A stretch of DNA of 59,602 nucleotides, from NCBI GenBank assembly GCA_947466005.1, contig CANIBV010000001.1, positions 1 to 59,602 of the forward strand, in the 5' to 3' direction. Both the position numbers and the translations under genes were made by a program. Source of the stretch: Spartobacteria bacterium. GTDB taxonomy: Bacteria > Verrucomicrobiota > Verrucomicrobiia > Chthoniobacterales > UBA6821. The notes under the pieces were generated by a model. It worked only from the letters and a program-made list of their open reading frames with translations, had not been told where the DNA came from and searched no databases. Position 1 is the first letter of the stretch. Each line of letters begins with the position of its first letter. This document shows, in pieces, positions 34,880 through 44,963 of this stretch.

Positions 34880-35977
34880 ATGGCATACATCGACGAACTT
34901 TTTCAGGCGCTGATCGAAAACGGCGCTTCCGACCTTCACCTGGCCGAGGGACAACCCGCCAAGATCCGTCGCCACGGCGAGATCGTTCCGATCTGGGCTG
35001 ACTCACCCGCCCTCACCCGCGAGCAGATGGCCTACATGCTCAGCGAGATCTGCACCCCTGAAAAATGGCAGAAATACGAGGAATGCGGCGATCTCGACTT
35101 CGCCTACCAGATGGATCAGAACAGCCGTTTCCGCTGCAACTACCTCAAGCAAGCGCACGGCTACGGAGCGGTTTTTCGCATCATCCCCACCAAAATCCTG
35201 ACCCTCGAGCAGCTCCATGTTCCCGAAGTGATCAAGGAATTCGGCGACATGCGCGGCGGCATCGTACTGGTCACCGGCCCCACGGGATCCGGAAAGAGCA
35301 CGACCCTGGCCGCACTGATCGACTACATCAACACGAACTACGGCCGCCACATCGTCACGATTGAGGAACCGATCGAGTTCGTGCATCGGAATAAGAAGAG
35401 CATCATCACCCAGCGGGAGGTTCCTGAGCATGCACCGACCTTTGCGGCAGGTCTGAAAGCAGCGCTCCGTGAGGATGCGGACATCGTTCTCGTCGGTGAG
35501 ATGCGTGACCTTGAGACCATCTCACTGGCCCTAACGGCAGCGGAAACAGGCCTCCTGGTCTTCGGAACCCTCCACACCAATAACGCCCGCAAGACGGTCG
35601 ACCGCATGATCGATGCCTTTCCGGCCGACCAGCAATCCCAGGTCCGCACCATGCTTGCATCGTCGCTCCGGGGTGTCGTGGCCCAGCTCCTCTTCAAGAA
35701 AGCCGATGGCAAGGGGCGGGTCGCCATCAACGAGATCCTGAAGGTGAATCCGGCCGTCTCCGCGATCATCCGCGAGGGCGCCACCCAGAAGCTTCAGGAT
35801 GTCATCGTGGCCGGCAAGTCCGAGGGGATGCAGTTCATGGATGACGCCATCTGGGAGAGGATGCTTGATGGCACCATCAGCCCCCACGAGGCCTACATGA
35901 AGGCCATCGACAAGAAACGCTTCCAAGCAGCGCTTCCACCTGAAGAGGCTGATCTCGCCAATGCCTCCGGAGCATAG
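34880..35977 (+). CDS. pilT: PilT/PilU-family type IV pilus retraction ATPase (copy 2)
   Basis: ORF track 365 aa. ASDLHL, GPTGSGKSTT, LVGEMRD, GTLHTNNA and the AVSAIIREG motif. Confidence 0.9.
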   Translation: MAYIDELFQALIENGASDLHLAEGQPAKIRRHGEIVPIWADSPALTREQMAYMLSEICTPEKWQKYEECGDLDFAYQMDQNSRFRCNYLKQAHGYGAVFRIIPTKILTLEQLHVPEVIKEFGDMRGGIVLVTGPTGSGKSTTLAALIDYINTNYGRHIVTIEEPIEFVHRNKKSIITQREVPEHAPTFAAGLKAALREDADIVLVGEMRDLETISLALTAAETGLLVFGTLHTNNARKTVDRMIDAFPADQQSQVRTMLASSLRGVVAQLLFKKADGKGRVAINEILKVNPAVSAIIREGATQKLQDVIVAGKSEGMQFMDDAIWERMLDGTISPHEAYMKAIDKKRFQAALPPEEADLANASGA

Positions 35978-35979
35978 CA

Positions 35980-36747
35980 TTGAAGCCATCGAGAATAATC
36001 AGGAAGAGTGGCGGTATCTTGCTGATTGATGTCAGTAACTCCTTCACCAAGATCGCCATTGCCCGCAATGGAGTGATTGGGCGGGTCAAGAAGGTTCCTA
36101 CAGGCGATCTTGCAGCATCGAAGCTCCCGAAGGGCAACGTACAGTTGGCGATCATTTCCTCGGTCGTTCCCAAGGCCAGCGTCATCCTGGCCGAGTCTCT
36201 TACCTGCCCCCACCTTTGGGTTGATCACAGAGTGCCGGGCGGAGTTCCCGTCAGTTATCCCAAGCCTGCCTCCATCGGCGCGGATCGCCTTGCCAATGCT
36301 GTTGCTGCCGCCAGTATTAGAAAACTCCCGGCCATCGTCATTGATTTTGGAACGGCGGTGACCTTCGATATCATCGATGCCAAAGGATGCTACCTCGGGG
36401 GAATCATCGCACCGGGACTTCCCACCGCCGCGAGTGCCCTGCATGAACGGACAGCTCTGCTCCCCCTGACCCGGGTCAGGAAGATCCACTCCATCGTCGG
36501 CAAGAGTACCCGGGAGGCAATCCAGATCGGCCTTCTGCTCGGAGCCGTAGGTCTCGCCCGTGAGGTAGTGAACCGGATCACCAAGGAGACCTTTAAGGGG
36601 AAGAAACCTTACGTCATCGCTACTGGTGGAGATTCCGATCTGGTGGCGCGGCTTGCGACCCAAGAGGGAGGAGCCAAGATCATCGATCGTGTCGATCCCC
36701 TCCTGACACTTCGAGGCCTCCTCGTGATTGCGGAAAAAAACACCTGA
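35980..36747 (+). CDS. coaX: type III pantothenate kinase
   Basis: ORF track 255 aa (TTG start). LLIDVSNSFTK, GADRLANAVAA and IDFGTAVTFD motifs. Confidence 0.9.
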   Translation: MKPSRIIRKSGGILLIDVSNSFTKIAIARNGVIGRVKKVPTGDLAASKLPKGNVQLAIISSVVPKASVILAESLTCPHLWVDHRVPGGVPVSYPKPASIGADRLANAVAAASIRKLPAIVIDFGTAVTFDIIDAKGCYLGGIIAPGLPTAASALHERTALLPLTRVRKIHSIVGKSTREAIQIGLLLGAVGLAREVVNRITKETFKGKKPYVIATGGDSDLVARLATQEGGAKIIDRVDPLLTLRGLLVIAEKNT

Positions 36748-36807
36748 AAAGGCTTTTTCAGACCGAGGGCTCTTGCCCGTCAGGGAGCCCGATCGTAAAC
36801 TCTACGG

Positions 36808-39800
36808 ATGGCTCACACTCCTTTCGTTCACCTCCATGTCCATAGCGAGTATTCGCTGCTGGATGGAGCGATCCGAATGGAGCAGTTGGTCAAGAAGGCG
36901 GCCTCCCTTGAGATGCCGGCCATCGCTCTGACCGACCACGGCAATCTCTTCGGGGCGGTTGAGTTCTATCAGGCGGCAGAGCAGGTAAAGATAAAGCCTA
37001 TCCTCGGCTGCGAGATCTACGTTGCTCCCGGGTCGATGCATGACAAGAAGACAACCAACGGGGGCAAGGATGCGGCCTTTCATATGACCCTGCTTGCAGC
37101 GAATGACGCCGGCTACCGCAACTTGGTGAAGCTCAGCACCGCAGCACACCTCGACGGCTTCTACTACAAGCCCCGGGTCGACAGGGAGTTGCTCGCCAAG
37201 CACAGCGAGGGACTGATCGCCCTGAGCGGATGCCTTAAGGGGGAGGTCAACATGGCCCTCAGCGGAGGACAGGAGGCCAAGGCGATCGAAACGGCTGCAG
37301 CCTACCGGGACGTCTTCGGACGGGAGAATTTCTTTATCGAACTGAGCGACCACGGCATCGAGCAGCAGCGCCGGAACCGGGGAGGACTCATCCACATCGC
37401 CCGTGACCTCGAACTGGGACTCGTCGCCACCAACGACGTGCACTTCCTAGAACGCTCCCACCACGAGGCCCACGATGTCATGATCTGCATCGGCACGGGC
37501 GCCATGACCCATGACGAGAAGAGGATGCGCTATGTTCCTGAACTCTACTTTAAGAGCGGCGAAGAGATGGCTGCTCTCTTCGCCGATCGCCCCGACGCGA
37601 TAACCAACACCCTGGCGATCGCCGAACGCTGCCATGCCAAGCTGGAGTTTGGACAATCAAAATATCCCGACTATCTCCCTCCAGAGGGAAAGACCCGCGA
37701 GGGGTATCTCCGTGAACTTTGCGAGGAGGGTGTCCACAGCCGCTACGGCGAGAGGGCACTGACCGATCCGGAGATCAGCAAGCGATTCGAGTATGAACTC
37801 TCCGTCCTCTACAAGACGGGATTCACCAGCTACTTCTTGATCGTCTGGGACTTCATCAACTACGCCAAGAGCAAGGGCATACCCGTCGGACCGGGCCGTG
37901 GCTCGGCCGCCGGATCCCTCATCGCCTATGTCCTCGGGATCACGGATCTCGACCCGCTGCTCTACGGACTCCTTTTCGAGCGCTTCCTGAACCCCGATCG
38001 TATCAGCCCTCCAGATATCGATGTTGATTTCTGCCAGAACCGCCGTGGCGAGGTGATCGAGTATGTTCGTGAAAAGTACGGCAAGATGGCCGTTTCACAA
38101 ATCATCACCTTTGGCACCCTGGGTGCGAAGAGTGTCATCCGCGATGTCGGCCGTGCGCTCGGCTGGAGCTACGGTGATGCAGACAGGATCTCCCGGATGA
38201 TCCCCAACGAGCTTGATATCACGCTCAACGGATACGAGAAGAAGGGCGAGAAGAAACAGGGGGCGATCGACAAGAATCCCGAGCTGAAGAAGGCCGTCGA
38301 GGAGGAGCCTTCCACCGCGCAGCTATGGGGGTACGCCACCATTCTTGAGGGACTCTCCCGCAACAGCGGCGTTCATGCCGCAGGTGTCGTCATCGCCGAC
38401 CGCGACCTCTCCGAGTACATCCCGCTCACCCGGGCCAACGATGGCAACATCGTCAGCCAGTACTCCATGGCTCCCCTCACCGATCTGGGGCTGCTCAAGA
38501 TGGACTTCCTGGGCCTCAAGACCCTCACCGTCATCGACGATGCCGTGAAGCTTATCCACCGACACACGCCGGGCTTTGATGTTTCCAAGCTCCCGATGGA
38601 TGACCAGGCCACCTTTGATCTCCTCAACAGGGGGGAGTCGATCGGCGTCTTCCAACTTGAGTCGGGTGGTATGGTCTCCACAGCCAAGCGCTTCCAGATC
38701 GAGCACTTCACCGACATCATTGCGCTCATCGCCCTGTACCGACCCGGCCCGATGCAGTTCATCGACGACTACATCGAGCGTAAGAAGGGCCGCAAGAAGA
38801 TTGAGTACGCCCATCCCCTGCTCGAGAAGATCTGCTCCGAAACCTACGGCATCATTGTCTATCAGGAGCAGGTGCAACAGGCAGCCAGTGCGCTGGCGGG
38901 CTATACGCTCGGTCAGGCTGACCTCCTCCGCCGCGCCATGGGTAAGAAGGACACGGAGAAGATGGCCAAGGAGCGCGAGGTCTTCGTCGAAGGTTGCGCC
39001 CGGGTGAATCAGATCCCGCCCAAGCAGGCCAACGCCATCTTCGACTTCTTGGAGAAGTTCGCGCAGTACGGCTTCAACAAAAGCCATAGCGCCGCCTACG
39101 GACTCCTCTCCTACCAGACGGCCTACCTGAAGGCGAACCACCCCGTGGAGTTCATGGCCGGACTGCTCGGCAACGAAGTAAACAACACCGACAAGATAGC
39201 GACCTTTGTCACAGAGTGCGGTCGCATGGGAATCACTATCCTGCCCCCGGATGTGAACCGGAGCGCCCTCACCTTCCTCCCCGAGGAGCTTCCGGGCGGA
39301 CGGGCGATCCGATTCGGTCTTGCCGCCATCAAGAATGTCGGCGAGGCGGCGATGGAGACCGCCGTGGCGGATCGTGCGGCCAACGGCCTTTTCAAATCAC
39401 TCGAAGATTTCTGCTCCCGCCTCGATTCCCGCACGGTGAACAAGAAAATCCTAGAGAGTCTCGTGAAGGCCGGTGCCTTCGACTGGGAGGGGCGTCACCG
39501 AGCCGAACTCTTTGCGGCAATCGAGGGTGCCATGGGTGCCGCTGCGTCCGTCCAGAAGGACAGGGCTAGCGGACAGGTCTCGCTCTTCGACTCCTTTGCC
39601 GACCTAGCACCAGCACCCGCCGCCTCCTCGACCGGTTCCGATTCATCCGTAGAGCGCTGGACTCGTGCCGAGCAACTCGGCCACGAGAAGGAACTGCTTG
39701 GATTCTACGTGACCGGCCACCCGCTGGATGACTATCGCGGGAATCTGGAATCGGGATCCTACGGCTCCACAGCCGAAGCTCTTCTGATGACTGAGGCGGG

Positions 39801-40278
39801 AAGTGTGCGCCTTGCAGGCTTACTTGCCACCGTGGAGAAGAAATTCACCAAGAAAGATGGACGTCCGTTCGGCGTGATGACACTGGAGGATGACTCCGGC
39901 ACCCTCGAGATGACGGCCTGGGATGAAACCTTCAGCAAGCATGAGCTGATCCTCAAGCCCGGCAGCGTGATCTCCTGCAACGTCAAGGTGGTCCCGCGTG
40001 ACGGCTCCATCCGCGCGACCGGAAGCGACTTCAAGGAACTCACTCCGAAGCCCTCCAAGAAGCCCCTCCGTCTGCGGATTGACCGGACACGCATGATCAT
40101 CGACGACCTGCATGCCATCAGCGCAGGAATCAAGAAGCACGCCGGAAAAAGGAGACTGATCCTGGAAGTCCTCACCCACACAGGAACAGTCTTCCCACTT
40201 CAACTGGGAGAGGACTTCCTGATCGGTGACGAGATGGCGCTGCGGGCCGAACTGGCGCCTTGGCTCGCTAAAAGTTAG
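36808..40278 (+). CDS. dnaE: DNA polymerase III alpha subunit
   Basis: ORF track 1156 aa. PHP domain start FVHLHVHSEYSLLDG, a polymerase core, and a C-terminal OB region. Confidence 0.98.
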   Translation: MAHTPFVHLHVHSEYSLLDGAIRMEQLVKKAASLEMPAIALTDHGNLFGAVEFYQAAEQVKIKPILGCEIYVAPGSMHDKKTTNGGKDAAFHMTLLAANDAGYRNLVKLSTAAHLDGFYYKPRVDRELLAKHSEGLIALSGCLKGEVNMALSGGQEAKAIETAAAYRDVFGRENFFIELSDHGIEQQRRNRGGLIHIARDLELGLVATNDVHFLERSHHEAHDVMICIGTGAMTHDEKRMRYVPELYFKSGEEMAALFADRPDAITNTLAIAERCHAKLEFGQSKYPDYLPPEGKTREGYLRELCEEGVHSRYGERALTDPEISKRFEYELSVLYKTGFTSYFLIVWDFINYAKSKGIPVGPGRGSAAGSLIAYVLGITDLDPLLYGLLFERFLNPDRISPPDIDVDFCQNRRGEVIEYVREKYGKMAVSQIITFGTLGAKSVIRDVGRALGWSYGDADRISRMIPNELDITLNGYEKKGEKKQGAIDKNPELKKAVEEEPSTAQLWGYATILEGLSRNSGVHAAGVVIADRDLSEYIPLTRANDGNIVSQYSMAPLTDLGLLKMDFLGLKTLTVIDDAVKLIHRHTPGFDVSKLPMDDQATFDLLNRGESIGVFQLESGGMVSTAKRFQIEHFTDIIALIALYRPGPMQFIDDYIERKKGRKKIEYAHPLLEKICSETYGIIVYQEQVQQAASALAGYTLGQADLLRRAMGKKDTEKMAKEREVFVEGCARVNQIPPKQANAIFDFLEKFAQYGFNKSHSAAYGLLSYQTAYLKANHPVEFMAGLLGNEVNNTDKIATFVTECGRMGITILPPDVNRSALTFLPEELPGGRAIRFGLAAIKNVGEAAMETAVADRAANGLFKSLEDFCSRLDSRTVNKKILESLVKAGAFDWEGRHRAELFAAIEGAMGAAASVQKDRASGQVSLFDSFADLAPAPAASSTGSDSSVERWTRAEQLGHEKELLGFYVTGHPLDDYRGNLESGSYGSTAEALLMTEAGSVRLAGLLATVEKKFTKKDGRPFGVMTLEDDSGTLEMTAWDETFSKHELILKPGSVISCNVKVVPRDGSIRATGSDFKELTPKPSKKPLRLRIDRTRMIIDDLHAISAGIKKHAGKRRLILEVLTHTGTVFPLQLGEDFLIGDEMALRAELAPWLAKS

Positions 40279-40655
40279 CGGCTTGGGATTCCGGAGTCAC
40301 GCGGTGTCCCCGGCGGTGCGTCAACTTCCAAGCCATCGTGTAACTCATTCCGGTTCATACCGGAAGAAAGCTCATGACGGACTTGCCTAGATTTCTTCGC
40401 CGACTGGCCCTTAACGTCCAGGGCGCTTGTTGGAGGTCTGTTTCATGGGATGGATCTTGTGGGAGGGCCAATAATCAAACTCTTCCAGTTAATTCAATGT
40501 GCTAGAAGTTTTTGATAAAGCAACTGGAGTTGCAGACTTTCAAGCCGTTACTGAAGGGGTATGTGGTGTGCTACTGCAACTCTAGTAGAAAACGGCAATC
40601 CGTTGATATCCGGAGCCTTCACAAGCGATCACCTTCCTGTTTAAGATGTTCTCAT

Positions 40656-41405
40656 ATGCACAAATTGGTCCTCATTCGTCATGGTGAAAGCACTTGGAAT
40701 CAAGAAAACCGTTTCACCGGCTGGAATGATGTTGATCTGAATGAAAAAGGCCTTCGTGAGGCCAAGGCCGGCGGTGAACTCCTGAAGAAGGAGGGCTACA
40801 GCTTCGATCGTTCGTTTGTGTCGGTGCTCAAGCGCGCGCTTCGTACCAACTGGATGATCCTGGATGAGCTTGACGAGCTCTGGATTCCAATCGAGCGCTC
40901 ATGGCGTCTCAATGAGCGCCATTACGGCTCCCTGCAGGGCCTTAACAAGGGAGAGACGGCCGCCAAGTTCGGCGACGATCAGGTCCTGATCTGGCGCCGC
41001 AGCTACGACGTGCCTCCTCCTGCGCTCGAGAAGAGCGACGAGCGTTTCCCCGGACACGATCGCCGCTATAAGGATGTTCCCGAAGCTGATCTTCCTCTCA
41101 CCGAGTGCCTGAAGGATACCGTTGACCGCGTCCTGCCTTATTGGCACAGCGAGATCGCTCCCGCCGTGAAGCGCGGTGAGAAGGTTCTGGTTACCGCACA
41201 CGGCAACACGCTCCGCGCCATGGTGAAGTACTTCGACAACCTCAGCGAGGAAGAGGTGCTGGCACTGAACATTCCCACGGGCATCCCCCTGGTTTACGAG
41301 TTGGATGACGATCTGAAGCCGATCCGCCATTACTATCTGGGCGATCAGGAAGCGATCGCTGCTGCTGCTGCTGCCGTTGCCTCCCAAGGCAAGGCACAGA
41401 AATAG
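40656..41405 (+). CDS. gpmA: 2,3-bisphosphoglycerate-dependent phosphoglycerate mutase
   Basis: ORF track 40512..41405, trimmed to ATG 40656 ([23 protein letters not shown]). The RHG and ERHYG motifs are present. Confidence 0.95.
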   Translation: MHKLVLIRHGESTWNQENRFTGWNDVDLNEKGLREAKAGGELLKKEGYSFDRSFVSVLKRALRTNWMILDELDELWIPIERSWRLNERHYGSLQGLNKGETAAKFGDDQVLIWRRSYDVPPPALEKSDERFPGHDRRYKDVPEADLPLTECLKDTVDRVLPYWHSEIAPAVKRGEKVLVTAHGNTLRAMVKYFDNLSEEEVLALNIPTGIPLVYELDDDLKPIRHYYLGDQEAIAAAAAAVASQGKAQK

Positions 41406-41410
41406 GATCC

Positions 41411-43276
41411 ATGCTTCGCCAAGACCCTCTTCCACGCATTGCCGATCTTTCGGGAGAAGTGCCTGGATCGACGCTGAAATCCCGCTCCGAAGTCCCCCTT
41501 GGAGATACATGGGATCTCACGCCGATCTTTGGTGATGATGCTTCTTGGGAGGCTGAGCTTTTAACTTTGGCGGCCTGCTATGAGGGAATTTCCTCCTTCA
41601 AGGGAACGCTCGGCAAAGGCCCCCACGAACTGGCAAAGGCGCTGGAGTTCGAGAAATCACTTGACGCCTCCACTGAGCGACTGGCTCAGTACGCTGGTCT
41701 CCGCATTTCAGAGGATAGCTCCAACTCAAAGGCGCTCGACCGCGACGGCCGCCTCTCCTCCCTCTGCGCCAAAATCAGCGAGGCCTGCTCCTGGGTGGCC
41801 CCCGAAATTCAGGAGATTCCTGATGAGATCTTTGATTCATTCCTGGCGGATCCCCTGCTCGCCGAGTGGCTCATCTCACTGCAGCGCCTCCGCAGGCTGA
41901 AGCCCCATATCCTCAGTACCAAGGAGGAGCGTCTACTATCCCTCTCCATGCCCGCGATCGGGGGGCATCACGAAACCTTCTCCCAGTTGACGAATGTCGA
42001 TATGACATTCGGCTCCCTCACCGATGACCGGGGCAAGGTGGTGGAGCTCACCCAGAGCAGTTTTTCCTCCCTGCTCCAGCGCCCGGATCGGGAGGTGAGG
42101 AAGGATGCGTTCCATAAGTTCTACGACGAGTTCACGGCACATCGCTATACTCTGGCCAGTTCCCTCGCCAGTTCCGTGAAAGGCGACGTCTTCCTGGCCA
42201 AGGCACGCAACTATCCTTCGGCCCTAGAATCCTCCCTCTTCCCCGATAATGTCCCGGTTGCCGTCTACGACAGCTTGATTGAGGCCGTCCGCTCACGCCT
42301 CCCCGTCTTGCACCGCTACTATGGACTCCGTCAGAGGGTCTTCAACCTGCCCGATCTGCATGTCTATGACACCTATGCTCCGCTTGTCTCCGCGGTGCAG
42401 AAGGATGTCCCCTTCGACGAGGCGATCGGGATGGTCCTTAAGTCTCTCCATCCTCTTGGGTCGGAGTACACGGAGACTCTGGGGCGTGGACTCAGCCAGG
42501 AGCGCTGGTGTGACCGCTACGAGAACAAGGGAAAGAGGAGCGGTGCCTTCTCCTACGGAACCTATCAGGGGCCTCCGTACATCCTCATGAACTACAAGGC
42601 AGATGTCTTCTCCGACATCTACACTCTTGCCCACGAGGCCGGACACTCGATGCACACTTGGTATGCCCGCAGGACGCAGAGCTTTCAGGACTACCACTAT
42701 CCGATCTTTCTGGCCGAAGTTGCCTCCACCTTCAACGAGATCCTCCTCACCGAACATCTCCTAGCAGAGACCAAGGACCCCGCGATGCGCGCCTACCTGT
42801 TGAACCGCCAGATCGATGATCTTCGCGGCACTCTCTTCAGACAGACCATGTTTGCGGAGTTCGAGAAGCTCACCCACGCCACCGAGGAATCCGGGGCAGC
42901 CCTCACCCTCGAAAGTTTCCGCAAGATGTATCGGGGACTTCTCGATTCCTACTTCGGCACGGGTGTTATCATCGATGATGAACTTGAGTTGGAGTGCTTG
43001 CGCATTCCTCACTTCTACAGCGCATTCTATGTCTACAAGTATGCCACCGGCATCTCTGCGGCGATCACTCTGGCCACCCAGGTGCTTGCGACTGGGGACA
43101 CCGAGCGCTACTTCGGCTTCCTCAAGAGTGGCGGGAGCAAGTTCCCGATTGAGACGCTGGACGAGGCAGGAGTCGATATGCGCTCCCCTCAACCGGTAAA
43201 TGCCGCACTCGATCTCTTCGATCGGCGCGTGACGGAACTCGAGGAACTCCTCTCCACCCCGGGCCAGGCAAACTGA
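41411..43276 (+). CDS. pepF: oligoendopeptidase F (M3B)
   Basis: ORF track 621 aa. HEAGHSMH zinc motif in the M3B context. Confidence 0.88.
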   Translation: MLRQDPLPRIADLSGEVPGSTLKSRSEVPLGDTWDLTPIFGDDASWEAELLTLAACYEGISSFKGTLGKGPHELAKALEFEKSLDASTERLAQYAGLRISEDSSNSKALDRDGRLSSLCAKISEACSWVAPEIQEIPDEIFDSFLADPLLAEWLISLQRLRRLKPHILSTKEERLLSLSMPAIGGHHETFSQLTNVDMTFGSLTDDRGKVVELTQSSFSSLLQRPDREVRKDAFHKFYDEFTAHRYTLASSLASSVKGDVFLAKARNYPSALESSLFPDNVPVAVYDSLIEAVRSRLPVLHRYYGLRQRVFNLPDLHVYDTYAPLVSAVQKDVPFDEAIGMVLKSLHPLGSEYTETLGRGLSQERWCDRYENKGKRSGAFSYGTYQGPPYILMNYKADVFSDIYTLAHEAGHSMHTWYARRTQSFQDYHYPIFLAEVASTFNEILLTEHLLAETKDPAMRAYLLNRQIDDLRGTLFRQTMFAEFEKLTHATEESGAALTLESFRKMYRGLLDSYFGTGVIIDDELELECLRIPHFYSAFYVYKYATGISAAITLATQVLATGDTERYFGFLKSGGSKFPIETLDEAGVDMRSPQPVNAALDLFDRRVTELEELLSTPGQAN

Positions 43277-44472
43277 TGAACAGGGGATTCATCGACAAGC
43301 TTGTCGAGCGGATCCGCTTTGTTGAGCCTGGCGACATCGGTCACTATCTCCAGATCCTTTCCAAGGAGAAGGGGTTTCTGGAAACGATCTTCAACGCCAT
43401 CCTGGAAGGGGTTATCGTCACGGACCCTCAGGACCGCATTATCTACATGAACAAGGCCGCCTGCGCCTTCTTCGGAATGTTGGGAGCGGAACATATAGGG
43501 CGCAGTCTCATGCAGGCAATTCCGGGCCTTGATCTCAAGTCCGTGGCGCACCAGGGAGATGTGATGAGCCGCGAACTGGAGGTCTTCTACCCAGAACGGA
43601 GGTTCCTTAATTTTTATGTCTCCCCGTTGATGAGCGATGAGAGTGACAGCTCACCGAGTGTCTTGGTCGGACGCGCCATCATTCTAAGGGATATCACTGA
43701 GGAGCGTAAGGAGGCCCAGGAGACGATCGAAAGCGAACGCTTCTCGGCCGTCACCCTGCTGGCAGCCGGGGTAGCGCATGAAATTGGCAACCCTCTGAAC
43801 TCGCTCGACATCCAGCTCCAACTCCTCGAACGACGACTCAGAACGCCCCTGTCCACTAAGGATGATCACAAAGAGTTGGCCCAATCCGTGTCCATCGCGC
43901 GTGGTGAGGTCAAGCGCCTCGACCAGATCATCACCCAGTTCCTCAAAGCGGTCCGACCCGCACCTCTGGAGTGCAAGCTTATCGACTTTAATGCCCTAAT
44001 TCTGGAGACGGTCGAGTTCCTGCGCAACGAAGTCGAGGACCGCGGCATCTCAATCGATCTCTTCACCGCCAAGAATCTACCTCCCGTCTCTCTGGATCGC
44101 GACCAGTTCCGCCAGGCTCTCTACAACGTGATCCGAAACAGCTTTCAGGCCATGGGAGAGAAAGGTCAACTGAGTATCGGCACCGCCTGTGATGACTCCC
44201 ACGTCTGGGTCAGCATCGGCGATACGGGCGGGGGCATTGACCCGGCCACTGTCGGCACTATTTTTCAGCCCTACTACACGACCAAGGAAAACGGCTCCGG
44301 GCTAGGTCTCCATGTTGTCCAGAGAATCGTCCGTGCCCATGGTGGCGAGATCATGATCCAGAGCGCGATGGGCAAAGGCATGCTCTTCACGATCCGCCTT
44401 CCCCGCGTCGACCGCCGCGTCCGCTTCCTCCCTCCGATCACTCCGAGAAGCACCAACGAAGAATCATCATGA
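43276..44472 (+). CDS. cytoplasmic PAS-domain sensor histidine kinase (NtrB/AtoS-like)
   Basis: ORF track 398 aa. PAS (LEGVIVTDPQDRIIYMNKAA), H-box AAGVAHEIGNPLN, N box NVIRNSFQA, and G boxes DTGGGI and GSGLGL. No TM segment. Confidence 0.88.
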   Translation: MNRGFIDKLVERIRFVEPGDIGHYLQILSKEKGFLETIFNAILEGVIVTDPQDRIIYMNKAACAFFGMLGAEHIGRSLMQAIPGLDLKSVAHQGDVMSRELEVFYPERRFLNFYVSPLMSDESDSSPSVLVGRAIILRDITEERKEAQETIESERFSAVTLLAAGVAHEIGNPLNSLDIQLQLLERRLRTPLSTKDDHKELAQSVSIARGEVKRLDQIITQFLKAVRPAPLECKLIDFNALILETVEFLRNEVEDRGISIDLFTAKNLPPVSLDRDQFRQALYNVIRNSFQAMGEKGQLSIGTACDDSHVWVSIGDTGGGIDPATVGTIFQPYYTTKENGSGLGLHVVQRIVRAHGGEIMIQSAMGKGMLFTIRLPRVDRRVRFLPPITPRSTNEESS

Positions 44473-44957
44473 GCGCACTCCAAGTCGGCGATAAAGCCCC
44501 CTCCTTCTCAACCACAGCCGTTGGCGGCTCCTATGGCGTCGGAACGCCACTCACTCTCCCTGACCTGAAGGGCAAATCGGTCGTGCTCTACTTCTACCCC
44601 AAGGATGACACGCCGGGCTGCACCACCCAAGCCTGCGGTATTCGGGATTCATGGAAGGCGATCAAGTCAACCGGGGCTGAACTCTTTGGTGTGAGTATCG
44701 ATACGGTGAAGGCCCATGAAAAATTCATCGCCAAGTTCGATCTCCCCTTCCCTCTGCTCGCGGACACAGACAAGTCGATCGTCGAGGCCTACGGCGTCTG
44801 GGTTGAAAAGTCGATGTATGGCAAAAAATACATGGGCACGGAACGGACCACCTTTGTCATTAATCCGAAAGGAATGATCATTGCGATCTTCCCCAAGGTA
44901 AAACCGGCCGAACACGCGGCTCTTGTTATCCAGGCGCTGAAAGAGCTGAAGGATTAA
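44469..44957 (+). CDS. bcp: thiol peroxidase Bcp (peroxiredoxin)
   Basis: ORF track 162 aa. YFYPKDDTPGCTTQACG active-site motif. Confidence 0.93.
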   Translation: MSALQVGDKAPSFSTTAVGGSYGVGTPLTLPDLKGKSVVLYFYPKDDTPGCTTQACGIRDSWKAIKSTGAELFGVSIDTVKAHEKFIAKFDLPFPLLADTDKSIVEAYGVWVEKSMYGKKYMGTERTTFVINPKGMIIAIFPKVKPAEHAALVIQALKELKD

Positions 44958-44963
44958 AGATTT

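Noticed and set aside
35893-36663. 256-aa minus-strand ORF opposite coaX. The similar long antisense ORFs at 36802..37443 and 38323..39141 lie opposite dnaE.
   Set aside because: The plus-strand genes carry unambiguous CoaX and DnaE motifs. The antisense ORFs are low-complexity shadows.
40512-40655. 48-codon TTG-initiated N-terminal extension of gpmA in the ORF track.
   Set aside because: The extension ([25 protein letters not shown]...) is AT-rich and Cys-rich and does not resemble a mutase. The canonical N-terminus, [12 protein letters not shown], begins at ATG 40656.
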